DNA of 64,000 nt from Eledone cirrhosa. Lineage: Eukaryota. The stretch lies in contig OZ024740.1 in assembly GCA_964016885.1 (NCBI GenBank), forward strand, positions 43,276,001 through 43,340,000, written 5' to 3'. The position numbers were made by a program, and so were the translations under genes. Below, piece by piece: positions 13,350 to 26,950 of the stretch. The notes below the pieces were generated by a model. The model worked only from the letters and a program-made list of their open reading frames with translations, was not told where the DNA came from and ran no database searches. Each line of letters starts with the position of its first letter. Position 1 is the first letter of the stretch.

Positions 13350-14187
13350 GATTTCTTTATTAACCACAAGGGTTTACATAAAGTAGACATTAAGGACAGT
13401 GCAGGACAATGCAGGACGGTACAAATGGGCATTTCTGCGTGTAAAAAAACAAAAACAGAGGATGTAACAAAAATAACAATGAAAATAACAATGAAAAATT
13501 CCCCAATAGGGGGGAGACTTCGGAGGGACATTTGTGGAGAAAGCCCAGTAAAAAGCCACAATGACCCTGACCACCAAGGCAAGTGCCCTCTCCCAGTTTT
13601 CCACCTTTAGTTTACAGATATATACTCAGAGTCGGCCCATTCACTCGGGCCATTCTTGCTTCTCTCACCCATCTTTCAACAAAATGCTGGGAAGAGAGCA
13701 CTTCCTTCTCTACTCTGATTTTCCTTTTCAAATGAAATTTGAAAAAGTCAATCAGAGCATCACCGAAGAGGTAAGTGCTCGTCTTCAGCCCTTTCAAACG
13801 TGTCCACCATACTATCTCTTTCGCCATGGCCACCAGACAGATAAAAACTGCCTGCCCTTCCCGGCTAAAGGAGGAGGGCGGGGCAATCCTCACGATAGAC
13901 TCAGATGATAGCTGGATCCGTCCTAAACGCGACAGCAGGTGTTCGACATAAACCCACAAGTCAGCAATTTTCGGACACTGGACGAGTGCGTGCAGGACGG
14001 TTTCGTCGCCCTGCGCGCATCTCGGACATGCCCGGCTGACGGCACCTCCATGCCTGTAGAGTTTATCCCGAACTGGCAAGGCTCCTCGGTAGCACTGCCA
14101 GGCCAGAGATTTCTGGAAGTTGTCCATAGGCCCCGGCCCGAAAGTTCTTCCGAAGAGATTGGCTAGTTGATTTTCGTCGACGCCTAG
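13290..14187 (-). mobile_element. L1/Tx1-clade LINE, copy 3 (5'-truncated)
   Basis: Matches 4118-5015 closely; homology stops at cgcctag (14187). Confidence 0.9.
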
Positions 14188-14480
14188 CACACTAAGTACA
14201 CACAGGGGAAATATAAATAACTATCAAGAAATTATACATGGAAAAAGAATTACACGGAAACAAAACATGGATAAGCATTTGTAGTTGATATATCCAACCC
14301 CACAAACAATAGAATAAAGCAGTAATCATATATATATATATATACAGAGATATCCACAGTAAGTTGTGGGGTTTATTTTGCATGAAGAACTCAATGTAAT
14401 CCATATGTTGAAAATGTTGTAGGTTAAGATAAATCCGGGAAAACGATAAAACATTAAAAGGAAAACAGAGTCATGATATA

Positions 14481-14741
14481 AGTTAAAAAAATGAAATAAA
14501 ATATCAAGTGATTAGAGATATACTTCACTGCTTTATGATCGTTTATAGGTGATGATAATACATTGTAGCTATCTGGTGATATGCATGTAAGTAAATATTC
14601 TCTGTATCTGATAGTTTGTAACTAACCTTACATAGATCAATAACGGAGTATAGCTACAATGTACTATAATCACCTAGAAACGATCGTAAAGCAGTGAAGT
14701 ATATCTCTAATGACTTGATTTTTTATTTCATTGTTTTAACT
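14481..14741 (+). mobile_element. Fold-back PLE terminal-repeat remnant (same family as 45587-45793 and 50980-51177)
   Basis: Arms 14481-14572 and 14650-14741 are reverse complements; carries GAAA-CGATCG-TA, the 3' half of an HHR. Confidence 0.75.
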
Positions 14742-16571
14742 TGCTAGCCTCCACACAGCCCTGGGAGACAGAATGGAGAAGTTGTTTTCCCGGAGGATGG
14801 TAAGGGAGATGCGCTGGAAGAGCCATTCCACCTGCGGCTGGCCAGCTCAGTGCCTATGGTGGTGAATAGGGAGGTACTCCAAGGAACAAGAACTCCTTGA
14901 ATGGCCAGAAGACATAATGACACATTAACAACATCAAATAACATACGGGCATTCCAAAAATAAGCAAATGCTTGTAGAATCTACCTCTAGAAACCACACA
15001 AAAATAGAGAAAATTAGAAACATATAAACGTACAGGACCTAACCTACCTATCAACAGTATCAAACACCAAGAAATCTGGAAGTTCTGAACAAATACCACA
15101 AACAATATGCGAAGTAAAGTAGCACTATACAAGTTTAGAAATATTGTTTATATAACTAGGGCACATATGTCACTCTTTTAATTACATAGATTACGACAAC
15201 TGCTCATTGCTACCACACTGTTTCAAAACCTTAAGTTACAAAGAAGTAAAATACCTCTCACGCTTCATTCTAGGTAGAAAGAAAGGAAAACAATGTTTTT
15301 ATTGATATTTCCATTGCGGATACAATCTGCCGTTCTCAAGACCTAGTGGTAAAATGCGTTAGTTAAAATTACAAGGTTACAATGACAGCTCAGATACCGC
15401 AAACTCCTTAACATCTCTAACAATTCTCCACCCTTTGGCTGGTAGTTTCTTTATCGACCCCAGCTGATACGATGGTCAACGTTGACCACGGTTAATTTTT
15501 ATCTCAGGATACAAACAGCCAAAACAATTACTGAAACATCTAAACTCAGGCCCTATCGACTTTGCCAATTTGCTATCAACTAGCGCCATTCTAACTACGA
15601 TTGAAATTTGTAAAATTCGATTCCACCCACCACGTACCACTAAAATCTAAAACTTTCAACGTCACCCTTACCGTAACTGCTTATACCTTTGTGTGATATC
15701 TAACCCTGTTTCAATCAATCAATTATATTATAATATATACATATACATGCAAGTTTTCATAATAGAATATCGAAATTATCACTTCTGGGATCGAGGAAAT
15801 GAGGAGAACCTTAAAATTGTTGTCGGCGCCCTATTGACGCTTCGTGCATTCATCACGAAAAAACCCGGGCCCTGTGTACATTGCCGTGTTATTGACACCG
15901 TAAAACTCACGTCTCTGCTACTTCTACTAAGACCCCTTTTGTCCCACCATTGTTGCTGTGTAAACGCAGTGCAACCAGTGCCACCCAGCGTTTGTGCTAA
16001 TTGCACTATGATCCTCTTCTGCTACAGCTACCTTGCCACGCTGATTTCGTCATCTCAATATCCCTACTTAGACGTACATTCCTACTTGGTTTTCCCACAA
16101 GCATCCGCGTATTTCACTCGATGTTAAATAATTTACTATTTTACAAATTCTACTAGAATTATTTTGAATAGGATATAAATTACGTAACTGACTGAAGATA
16201 GTATAATATAATTGTATTAACAAATATATATCGATTCGTCAAACGATCTATTTTTAACGCATCTCGTCTAATTTAAAATTTGCCTCTTATAAACTGATTA
16301 ACTTTTTTATATGATTAAAAGATAGCAGCAATGTAAACACACAGTCTGACACAGATACATATGTATAAATTTACAAATTCCCTAACACAGATGCACACAT
16401 ATTTACGCAAATCTTATACACATATGTATATGTGTGTATATATGTGTGTATATATGTATATGCGTATATATATATATATGTATATATACACACACGTGTG
16501 TGTGTGTATGTATATGTGTGTGCGCCTCACAATCAGCCTTATCCTATCTATATGGCAAGGCTAGGCATCAA

Positions 16572-16627
<56 letters not shown>

Positions 16628-16925
16628 GTTCAAGAGTAACCAATCTTAAAGAGAGAGATGGAGATAGGAGAGGAGATATGACAGGAGAGATTGGTGAATT
16701 AGTTAGAAGCCAAAGCGTAAAGGCATGTGCTCAATGTGCAATATGCAGTAGAAAGCAGCTAGGTGGCTGGGTTCATGCAGAAGTTGGGTGCGCAGAGCTG
16801 GAAATATTCATTAGTTAAGCAAAAAACAAGACCACAAATTTCACAAGGAAGACATTATTAAAAGATTGTCAACATATTTTAGTTTGATGTAAGGAATGTA
16901 GAGAATAATAATAATAATAATGTCC

Positions 16926-17045
16926 GTTTACAATTGTTTCGCTACTCCATATAATATTTCTGGATCAGACGACTATATATCATAATTGATCTGGTTCAGT
17001 TGAAAATAATTAACATATTTAAAAGACAGAGCGGCTCATCGGAAC
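16926..17045 (-). ncRNA. Type-I hammerhead ribozyme in Naiad pLTR (U4C core, 95-nt helix-II domain); mutated copies at ~20266-20385(-) and ~20610-20729(+)
   Basis: gtt-CCGATGA-gccgctc...gagtagc-GAAA-caattg-TA-aac. Confidence 0.6.
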
Positions 17046-17422
17046 ATCAAAGGAATATAAATTAAAATAATGAGAGAATGTTACATAATATAATGTTCCA
17101 TATATTGGTTTTTCACTATGGTGTCTTGGTTGTATCAGTTGTCAGCCATAATCAAGCAGTATTCATCTGTCGAGGCTGCATTGTGTGAGATCTGCCTATG
17201 GGTAACAAGATGGCTGCCAAAGGACATATTTACCTTACTAATTAGAGGGTGGTTTCAGGGAAAGTTACTCATCGAGAGATTAGAAATTGTGGGTATTTAT
17301 AGTTAAGTGCTAATTTTTAAATTTTTTAATTGAGAGACAATGTAGGAGAGGTAACTTATAATTATCTAAGTTGTTCATAGCTATTTATCTTATTAGCTAC
17401 AAGTAAGAATGGGGCTAGATGA

Positions 17423-19910
17423 CTAAGTTGGGTCAAATATTCTATTGGCGAAGGAATTAGCCCTTCGATGTTGACAGCTAATAGTTACCTCCGTTCTATC
17501 GTTAATCGGTAGAGGTCGTGATAGTGTTATGTAATATGCTTCTGTAATACAGAGATCACAAGATTTTTTTCGTCCATTGAACGGTTGGGCCCTAGCCACG
17601 ATATCCCATTTTAGTGAGTGTTGAACGTTGTTAAAGGTTTTTAATGAGCCTAGCTAGCGATGTCGAACATTTGTTGCTAGGGTCTCGGAAGGAAAAAGAG
17701 TGCGCGTTATAGCGTACCTTAAAAGGGTTACGGGTAGAACGATATAAGAGCTGGTATTCGAAGCAGTTTTAACCGTGCACCTATAGACTATGTTGGGTGT
17801 CAGGCAGTGTCCATTTAATGGGCATGCATTGGGGTAACGGCAGTTGCGGTTGCTTCTGCGGTTAGTGAGAGTAGGGGAGTTTAACCTAAGCAGTAGGTCA
17901 GTGCTAGAAGGATTAGATGGGGGAGGTGTGCTACTAGAGTAATTATTGGTATAGTGGTGTGGGGTATCTGATAGGGGTGGTGGTACTGCGGTGTGGGAGT
18001 TATACATTCTTAGTTTATGATGGTTACTGAATGCGATGTGGCTAGCTAGGTTAGCTGTTGTGGAGAATGAGATTTTAATGTTTTTTTTATTAAAGAGTTT
18101 GTAATATCTATGGTTGGGGGAAATGTTTAGATAGGATAGAGAAGAAGCGTTTGGGGATATTAGTGGCTAGATTAGATGAGAATGAAGGGGGGGTGTTAAG
18201 CCTGGTGATATTGCTAGGTCTATTCCTTCTAGGGGTTCTAGTGGAGCTGGTAGGGGCCTTCCTAGGGTTATTATTACCTGGGGATTTGTCATCCCATTTC
18301 TCATTCCTATTCTAGGGTTGATTTTTAGTTTGCTACTTGGAGTGGGGAGCAGGCCGCTGCCACCATTAAACTTCCCTGTATAGGTGCAGTTACTGCTAAA
18401 ATTCCGGCGAATCTGGCTATATGCTAAGGTATTTCTAGTTCTAGTGTTAAGTTTATTATGGTGAATTGCTGTGTTATGGCATTTAGGTATGCAATAAATT
18501 GATTGTTCATAACTAGATTCAGAAAGAGCCTTATATTGTGCATGGTTTATAAATATCTCCTCATTTGCTGATAGCATTGAGATCCTATACGAGATAGATT
18601 TGATTACTGCTCTGATGACTGCTGGTGGGTGGTTAGAGTGTGGGCTAATATATGTGAGTATTTCACTGATTTATGGTAAGGGTAATATAGGTTATTGTTG
18701 AGATCCAGGGTGACGTCTCGGAACTTTACTACTTTATGGTTCGGCTCGATGGTGATAGAGAGACCGTTATTTTTAAAGAATCTATGTAATTGTTTTTTTA
18801 GCAAATCGATGCCCCGATTAGTGCAATTGTGGACTGCAAATAGGGCGTCGTCCCTGTATATTCCGCCTTGCAAGGGTTGGATTTCGGCTCTGATGTTATG
18901 TAATAGGTAAATTCCAACTAAATCGGTGATTTGCGTGGAGTTACTTGAGCCCATCGTAATGTCAAAGTTCTCTGTTCTATCTTTTCTAGTCCAGAGTGCT
19001 CCGTTGAATTCAATGATAGTCTGCCTAGCCATAAGTATGATGTTAATCTCATTATTGGTTATGTCCGAGTTGATGCTGGCTAGAGTTAATGCTTGGTTGA
19101 GCAGATCCGGGGTTATTGACGCGTAATAGCTGTCGATGTCAAATTGGATGAACCTCATAGATTTCTTGGACCTTAGATCGGAGAACCATCTAATGACTTG
19201 GCCGGCGTTGGACCACAACTTGTAGGTGATATCATCCCGTAGCCCAGGGATTATGCTATCGAGGATGTTCTTACTGATGCGGCCCAGGTCAGACGTGGTT
19301 GGGCTTATAAGTATAATAGATGGGTTCTCTATAAAGTTTGGCTTATGATCCTTGAGAGAGAACCTTGGGGTTGTTGGTACATAAGGGTGGGTAAATCTAT
19401 CCAGATGCAAGTCCTTAACCAAAGCCTGGGCTTTTCGGTTAAGTGCGTTTACATTGGAGGGTATAGTTTTTTATAGTTTATATTGAGTTCTTTAAGAAGG
19501 AAAGAGTTGTAAGTTTCAGGAGTCATGGTGTATAGATTTTTAGTTTTGTCAGACATAACATGTAAGAGGTGGCTTTCTTTAAATTTGTTTATAGTTGTTG
19601 CTAATTTAGTGAGGAAATTATTCTTGTGACTATAATGCTTTTTGAATGTAATGCACCTGACGAAGTTGAATAGATCTTTCTCAAAAGGGTCCAGCAGGAT
19701 GTTGTGTGGGGGTAACTTGCAGGTGGTAAATCCATATCTATTTGCTGTACTTCCGGCGTCGGCAGCAACCGCACGGTCAAAGTGGAACGCTTTCCATCTT
19801 ATTCTTCGGATGAAAGAGTTGACAATCTGTATTAGGAGTTTGAGGTATGTCTTCCTGTCCGGGATAGTTATGGACTTAAGTGAGATTCTGAGTTCCTGAT
19901 TGCTCAACAT
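17423..19910 (-). pseudogene. PLE RT + C-terminal GIY-YIG endonuclease (Naiad-like), frameshifted
   Basis: SLKSITIP, RRIRWKAF, FDIDSYY, FDITMGS, GIYRDD, RNCR..CPLNGHC, IVYRCTV, CDLC and CQH motifs; stop at 17423. Confidence 0.85.
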
Positions 19911-20227
19911 GGTGACTTCAAAAAAGTAAATAGCTCAACTACAGGAGCTCAAGTATACACAGTTCAAGAGTAACCAATCTTAAAGAGAGAGATGGAGATA
20001 GGAGAGGAGATATGAGAGGAGAGATTGGTGAATTAGTTAGAAGCCAAAGCGTAAAGGCAATGTGCAATATGCAGTAGAAAGCAGCTAGATGGCTGGGTTC
20101 ATGCAGAAGTTAGGTGCGCAGAGCTGCAAATATTCATTAATTAAGCAAAAACAAGACCAACAATTTCACAAGGAAGACATTATTAAAAGATTGTCAACAT
20201 ATTTTAGTTTGATGTAAGGAATGTAGA

Positions 20228-20262
<35 letters not shown>

Positions 20263-20843
20263 TCCGTTTGCAATTGTTTCGCTACTCCATATAATATTTC
20301 TGGATCAGACGACCATATATCATAATTGATCTGGTTCAGTTGAAAATAATTAACATATTTAAAAGATAGAGCGGCTCATCGGAACTTCAAAGGAATATAA
20401 ATTAAAATAATGAGAGAATGTTACATAATATAATGTTCCATATATTGGTTTTTCACTATGGTGTCTTGGTTGCATCAGTTGTCAGCCATAATCAAGTAGT
20501 ATTCATCTGTCGAGACTGCATTGTGTGAGATCTGCCTATGGGTAACACGATATATGGAACATTATATTATGTAACATTCTCTTATTATTTTAATTTATAT
20601 TCCTTTGAAGTTCCGATGAGCCGCTTTGCCTTTTAAATTTGTTAATTATTTTCAACTGAACCAGATCAATTATGACATATAGTCGTCTGATCCAGAAATA
20701 TAATATGGAGTAGCGAAAAAATTGTAAACAGACATTATTATTATTATTATTCTCTACATTCCTTACATCAAACTAAAATATGTTGACAATCTTTTAATAA
20801 TGTCTTCCTTGTGAAATTTGTGGTCTTGTTTTTGCTTAACTAA

Positions 20844-20894
<51 letters not shown>

Positions 20895-21049
20895 CACCAT
20901 CATTTCGCGTCACTTTTGTAGCTTTACAGCGATAATATATATACATATGCACATACACACTCATACACACATATATACACACAGACACATACGCGCACAC
21001 ATATTTTCATATGTGATTCTGTGAATTACAGGTCCATCTCTCCTGTAGC

Positions 21050-22980
21050 TGTCATTGAGCCAACCATTTTTCCGCAGCAAAATCTACGTAAACGGAAGGC
21101 GATCGGGACACTACATCAATGCCACCTATTGTACAGTCTGTCAGTTCCCCAGATAGACTGCATACATTGATTCTGCTGAGGAGGTCTTCTGTTCTGTCAT
21201 GTATGTCTAGGGACATTTCAATTATGGGCGCATGACCGTGGAGAGTAAGTACAAGAGTCAGTAGTTGGTGGCAATATGTGCTTCACAGACTGCAAGAGTT
21301 GGTGGTCCTGTGACTGGGTCACTATTTGTTTTGTGTTCTTTGCGAATTCCGCACAACGTCGATATGTCATTATTCCAAGCCGTACGCTTATTAGGCTGAA
21401 TTATGCTAGACTACATCATCATACGGGCGTTCAGGGTTACTTTCTCTTTCCTTATGATCTTGGGAGTTGTTTGTCTTTTGCTGATGATGTGGGGTTGCAG
21501 TGCCTGGATGTAGTTTGGCAGGTTGTCTACTGTCATACTGCTAGACCTGTCTGTTGGAAAATATACTATTCCATAATTTCTCGAGCGCTGTATGAGCTAA
21601 CGCAAATCATTTGTGGATTTTCCACCAAGTTGCTGGGCTTCCAATTTGGTCTGTTTTCTACTATAATGTTCAAGAATCTGTCTAAGTTTAGTCCTAGCTA
21701 TTGTAAATTGAGTCTCTGGCTGGTTATCGGCTTTTGATGGGATACAGATTCTTTTGTTGCACGGTAATCTCGTCGGATGAATATAAGCTCATGTGCAAGG
21801 ATTTATCGGATGGGTTGTATCAGTTGTGGTGTTGTCTGTAATTCCACAAACAGCTTCATGGTTGTTTCTGCTAGTATTGTTTCTATGTCTTTTACTGTTT
21901 CTCCTATCTCTTCCTCCTCTGTCATAGTTATTTTATAATCTGTTCCGTGTGTCTCTGTGTTCATCCTAGTTATTTCTCCTGTCGTAGTTATTAGCCCTAC
22001 TTTCCCTACGTCTATGTCACTCATTATTATTTCCGTCCCTTCCCTCTGTATCACTGTTGTTTTCTAATCTGATTTGTGGAACTGTCGGTCTGTAGTTGCC
22101 GGTTGGGTTTTCATGTGCGTTGTGGTGGGAAGTAGGCATGTGTTGTGTGTGTGTTAATGTCGTCGTTTGTGTTGTTATCGTTTCTTGTGTTGTTAATGTC
22201 ATTTTTCTATTCAATCTCCATCTAAGCTTTGTAAACAGATAAGCATTCTAGCATATTTACCTCACTATATGTGGCATATTTTGGTGTTAACTGTAGGACG
22301 GACAATTTGTCAGGTTCTACCGTGGTCCTGTCGTATATGTTTGTGTTATTACTCTTGAAATCATCGTTCAGTGGATCGCCCGCCATGTTTATCCCCTCGA
22401 TCTAATCTGGGTATTTCCTTCTATTATCTGAAGTTTCTTGTTTTAGTTTTACCTGTTTGAGCCACGCGGAGTTTTTGTAAAAGTGTTTGTTGCATTTCTG
22501 TGTGATATATTTCTCTTCTTAGAGTATAATATTCATGTATTCTGTTATTTTTCTCTTGGTGTTGGTGATCTTACTTATTTCTTGTGTTAGAGTGCGTTTC
22601 CATTTTTCTTGCTGGCTTAGTTCTGTATTATTTTGAACTTTTGGCTTTTTTTAACCGACCGCTTCCCTTCTCTTTCTTCTATATCTTAATAGTGAAGTAA
22701 GTTACTTTTTTACTTTCAGTTTCTTTCTACTCTTGCTATGTTTTGTGTTCTTTTTCTCATTCTTCTTCTTTCTACCTATCGGATTGTTTTTACTCTTCTT
22801 GTGTTTCTTGTGGCAATTTAATAATTTCTGTTCTTGCCATGTTACGCCTAGCATTGATATTTTCTTGTGATAATCTTATTTCCAGAATTTGTTCTCTGTT
22901 GAACATTCCGAAATGGGTTTTGCTTTTCTTTGTGCTTCGCTGTTCCAAGCCTTCGATTCTCGAGTTACTCATCGCAGTTT
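21050..22980 (-). pseudogene. Heavily degraded retroelement-like ORF (possibly PLE)
   Basis: A-rich coding-like strand; GIDVVSRSPSV near 21090-21125 resembles RT motif A. No intact domain. Confidence 0.3.
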
Positions 22981-24288
22981 TTTTTTATCGAAATCCTCAC
23001 AATAAATGAGAGTTATTTAAAACATTTAACGAATGAACTGACGAACCAATCAGCAATATTTGATAGCACAGTGAAAATATCAAAGGGGTGATCAACCTAC
23101 CAACCACTCAGATAGAATAGTTAAAACAGCATATAAATTAACTGACCGAATGCAACACAATTAAGAGATTTCTATGTGGAAAGTAATTATAATTGTGTTA
23201 TATAAATTGAAGAATATTTATAAAACAAAAACCTGAAATTGAATAAGTGAAACAACGTATCCTAAACTGAGGTATATAGTGTGAACTAACAAAAACAGGT
23301 AAAGTCTATCCGAGCGATCAAGATCATCAGATGGGTGATTATTCTCGCTTTCAGTTTTCAATGGTGTTAAGCAAATGAGAATACACCCCTTCTCCCTGGA
23401 CAAGACGCTAGTTCATCGCAGATTTAACTCCCAGATACTGCAGAGCGTAATAGAACAATGTGAAATGAAGTGTTTTAATTAATATTACAAGGCGCTATGT
23501 TTTCCAGAAATTGATATGACGACGTTCCGATCTTAGATCCAAACAGCCAAAGCACTAGGAAACACGCTCTCAATGAAATAAGACAGAAGATTATCATGAT
23601 ATAATTATTTACCAAGTAAGACAACCACATTTAAACTTACCAAGTAAGACACAAATGAGAGGCATGTGTACAAAATTCTTATAAGTATAAGAGATAAAAT
23701 AAAAAATATTTCTCCTAAAGTAAAATTAAACTTAATAAGTGAAACAACGAATTACTTACAGAGGAATCCAGTGTGAAATAAACCAAGATTGACTATAACT
23801 TATTCATAAGAATATAATCATTCTTACGTTTAAGAAAGTAATACACATAAAAAAGAAAATAAGTGTGTTCCAACGCACGAAAAGAGAGGAGTGGGGATAA
23901 AATTATCTAAAGAACTATTTTCTCTTTTGTTTTTCTCTATTTTGCCTCTTTCCGGACGCATGCAGTGGCTGTCCCAGGATCAACAATTAAGTTAAGACTT
24001 GTTACACCTACATATGTATACGTGTGTGTATTCATATACACACTAGTATTTCAGTATGCATATGTAGATGTACATTTTTAACTTAATTGTTTAAGCGTCA
24101 GTCATACAAAAGTGAGTTACAAACGAAGCGAAATTTAATTTCGTTTCGTTATTTGTTTTTATCGTCTCCGCTGAACCGGTGCGTACTCACACTCTATGCA
24201 AATTAGTCTGCCCACTACTAATTTTCATAGAAAAAGCATATAACGATATGTACTTTTACAATTCTCCAGAAGGGCCGGTAGATAGGTA

Positions 24289-24333
24289 AATATTGCTGAT
24301 GAGTTGTAACAACAACGAAACTAGTTCAATATT
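24289..24333 (+). ncRNA. Minimal type-I hammerhead ribozyme
   Basis: aatattg-CTGATGA-gttgt aaca acaac-GAAA-ctag-TT-caatatt; 7-bp helix I, palindromic helix III. Confidence 0.9.
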
Positions 24334-24755
24334 CCTTGTCTGGCTTTCTGAAGAATAGAGGGAAGGTGTTCCCCCGAAAACCAGTATGACTCTAAAAACC
24401 GGTTTGTCTGTGTGTTTACATACAGAATAGCTGGGTTGCTCACAGTAAAGCAACCAGTGAAAGACTTGTTACACCTACATATGTATACGTGTGTGTATTC
24501 ATATACACACTAGTATTTCAGTATGCATATGTAGATGTACATTTTTAACTTAATTGTTTAAGCGTCAGTCATACAAAAGTGAGTTACAAACGAAGCGAAA
24601 TTTAATTTCGTTTCGTTATTTGTTTTTATCGTCTCCGCTGAACCGGTGCGTACTCACACTCTATGCAAATTAGTCTGCCCACTACTAATTTTCATAGAAA
24701 AAGCATATAACGATATGTGCTTTTACAATTCTCCAGAAGGGCCGGTAGATAGGTA

Positions 24756-24800
24756 AATATTGCTGATGAGTTGTAACAACAACGAAACTAGTTCAATATT
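24756..24800 (+). ncRNA. Minimal type-I hammerhead ribozyme (second unit)
   Basis: Identical motif 467 bp downstream. Confidence 0.9.
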
Positions 24801-25204
24801 CCTTGTCTGGCTTTCTGGAGAATAGAGGGAAGGTGTTCCCCCGAAAAACAGTATGACTCTAAAAACCGGTTTGTCTGTGTGTTTACATACAGAATAGCTG
24901 GGTTGCTCACAGTAAAGCAACCAGTGAAAGACTTGTTACACCTACATATGTATACGTGTGTGTATTCATATACACACTAGTATTTCAGTATGCATATGTA
25001 GATGTACATTTTTAACTTAATTGTTTAAGCGTCAGTCATACAAAAGTGAGTTACAAACGAAGCGAAATTTAATTTCGTTTCGTTATTTGTTTATATATAT
25101 ATATATATATATATATGTACTAAGTACATATATATATAAACATATATATATATATATAAGTATACATATATACATATGTATATATATATATATATATATA
25201 TATT

Positions 25205-25262
<58 letters not shown>

Positions 25263-25263
25263 A

Positions 25264-25326
<63 letters not shown>

Positions 25327-25394
25327 AATATGTATCCTAACACACACACAAAAACACATTTATACACACACATATATATATATTCTTATACAAT

Positions 25395-26232
25395 GGGAGG
25401 GTCATGCTACCAATAGCAACAAGTACCCGTTGGTTTTCACTTTCCGGTTGGCTGGTTTGTTCAGTAACTGGATGGTTGTTTATATAATGTCAAAGATCTT
25501 TCGTCACACATTCTGTGACCTCCTCAGTCACTTGTTTCTTAATTAGTAAACATATCCGTTTCAAAGAACCGCCTGCGAGAACACCAGGAGGGTAAAAACT
25601 CATCAGTACTCCACCAACATGCCAAAATAGAACATAGGGGCTCAGTAGAGAACATAGAGATAAAAATTATATCCACACACAGAAAAAATGCATTGCTCAA
25701 ACAAATCACAAAGCGACAAACATAAACGAACTCCAACCAAAATTGAACAGAAAACATGAGTGGAATAGTAACATCACAACTAGTAACTGGACAGAATGAA
25801 GACATACAGACACACACAAAAACCAAACTAATAAAACAAACCAGACACCAACAGAGAGGACAAACAACCAGCTAGCGAGAAGTAAATAAACACATAAATA
25901 AATAAACACACACACACCCGGATGTTACGCATACGCAAACCAAGCACACAGAACACAATACACAAAAAAGATGGTATAGGACGGAACAAAGGAGAGCCAC
26001 AAGATAAGAAACCAGTCACTGAGAAGGTCACAGAATGTGTGACGAAAGACCTTTGACAATATGTAAACAACCATACGGTTATTGAACCGACCAACCGGAA
26101 AATTATGATAAATTGAAGTGAAAACCAACTGGTGTGTTTTAATTGGCAGCATGACACTCCTAAATTATATCAATATCTGTTTCAACACCCATTTTCAGAT
26201 AAGCAATCTTGCAAAACAAATTAAAAAACGAA

Positions 26233-26235
<3 letters not shown>
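25395..26235 (+). mobile_element. 5'-truncated PLE: GIY-YIG C-terminal fragment, 3' repeat and 5' inverted copy
   Basis: NRLREHQEGKNSSVLHQHAKIEH...LNRKHEW at ~25560-25785; 25395-25540 is the inverted copy of ~26005-26180; (TA)n flanks. Confidence 0.75.
26015..26057 (+). ncRNA. Hammerhead ribozyme (inverted copy at 25489-25531)
   Basis: Consensus of the two arms: gtca-CTGAGGA-ggtcac agaatgt gtgac-GAAA-gatc-TT-tgac; each arm has private mutations. Confidence 0.7.
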
Positions 26236-26294
<59 letters not shown>

Positions 26295-26415
26295 GGAATA
26301 GAAAACGAAAAATCAGTGATGCATCTGAACTCAATTTATTGTGTGTTACAATTGTTTCGCCGGCGGACAGCCCGAGACGCGATCATTGTGTGGATCTATC
26401 TGATCCTGGATACGC

Positions 26416-26717
26416 AGCACGCGATAGAGTTGGATATGTGATTTTCATTTAAGTGTTTTTGTGTTGTAGTTCGGATGTATGTGTATATGTTGTTTGTAAC
26501 TCACAGCTATTAACCATGAGATTATTCTGAGTCGTTTATAATCAATAGGTGTTTGTTAAATGTAAATTTACATTTAACAAACACCTATTGACTATAAACG
26601 ACTCAAAATAATCCCATGGTTAATAGCTGTGAGTTACAAACAACATATACACATACATACGAACTACAACACAAAAACACTTAAAGGAAAATCACATATC
26701 CAACTCTATCACGTGCT
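26416..26717. repeat. Spacer-less ~300-bp palindrome
   Basis: Centre tgtaaa|tttaca at 26566/26567; arms ~150 bp. Confidence 0.9.
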
Positions 26718-26864
26718 TTGCATTACACCTTACATAACAAATACCTACATTATCACCAAATGCCTCTTTAACACATTTCACACTATCTTAAACATTTATA
26801 ACAATTATATACCCTAAATATTCTAATTGACTAGGATTTTAATAACATGTCTCGACATTCCGTA

Positions 26865-26910
26865 TGCTCCGATGAATCCAGACTCCCTCTGGAAGAAACA
26901 ATTGTCAGCA
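26865..26910 (+). ncRNA. Hammerhead ribozyme, U4C core variant
   Basis: tgct-CCGATGA-a tccaga ctccc tctgga a-GAAA-caattg-TC-agca, followed by AATAAA and (TA)n. Confidence 0.8.
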
Positions 26911-26950
26911 AATAAATGTTCTAAACTAAAATTTGATCGTTTTAACACTT

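Larger units (their letters stand above)
16621..20849 (-). mobile_element. Naiad-type Penelope-like element with direct pseudo-LTRs and 5' inverted copy, in (TA)n
   Basis: Direct repeats ~16623-17207 and ~19957-20547; inverted copy 20550-20849; (TA)n on both flanks. Confidence 0.9.
23996..25092 (+). repeat. 467-bp tandem repeat (~2.35 units), one HHR per unit
   Basis: Unit starts at 23996, 24463 and 24930, near-identical; ends at (TA)n. Confidence 0.95.

Noticed and set aside
24343-24408. Second hammerhead-like motif in the 467-bp unit (CTGAAGA..tagag/ctcta..AAAA-ccgg-TT)
   Set aside because: G12 is missing, helix I is unpaired and the core is mutated in unit 2.
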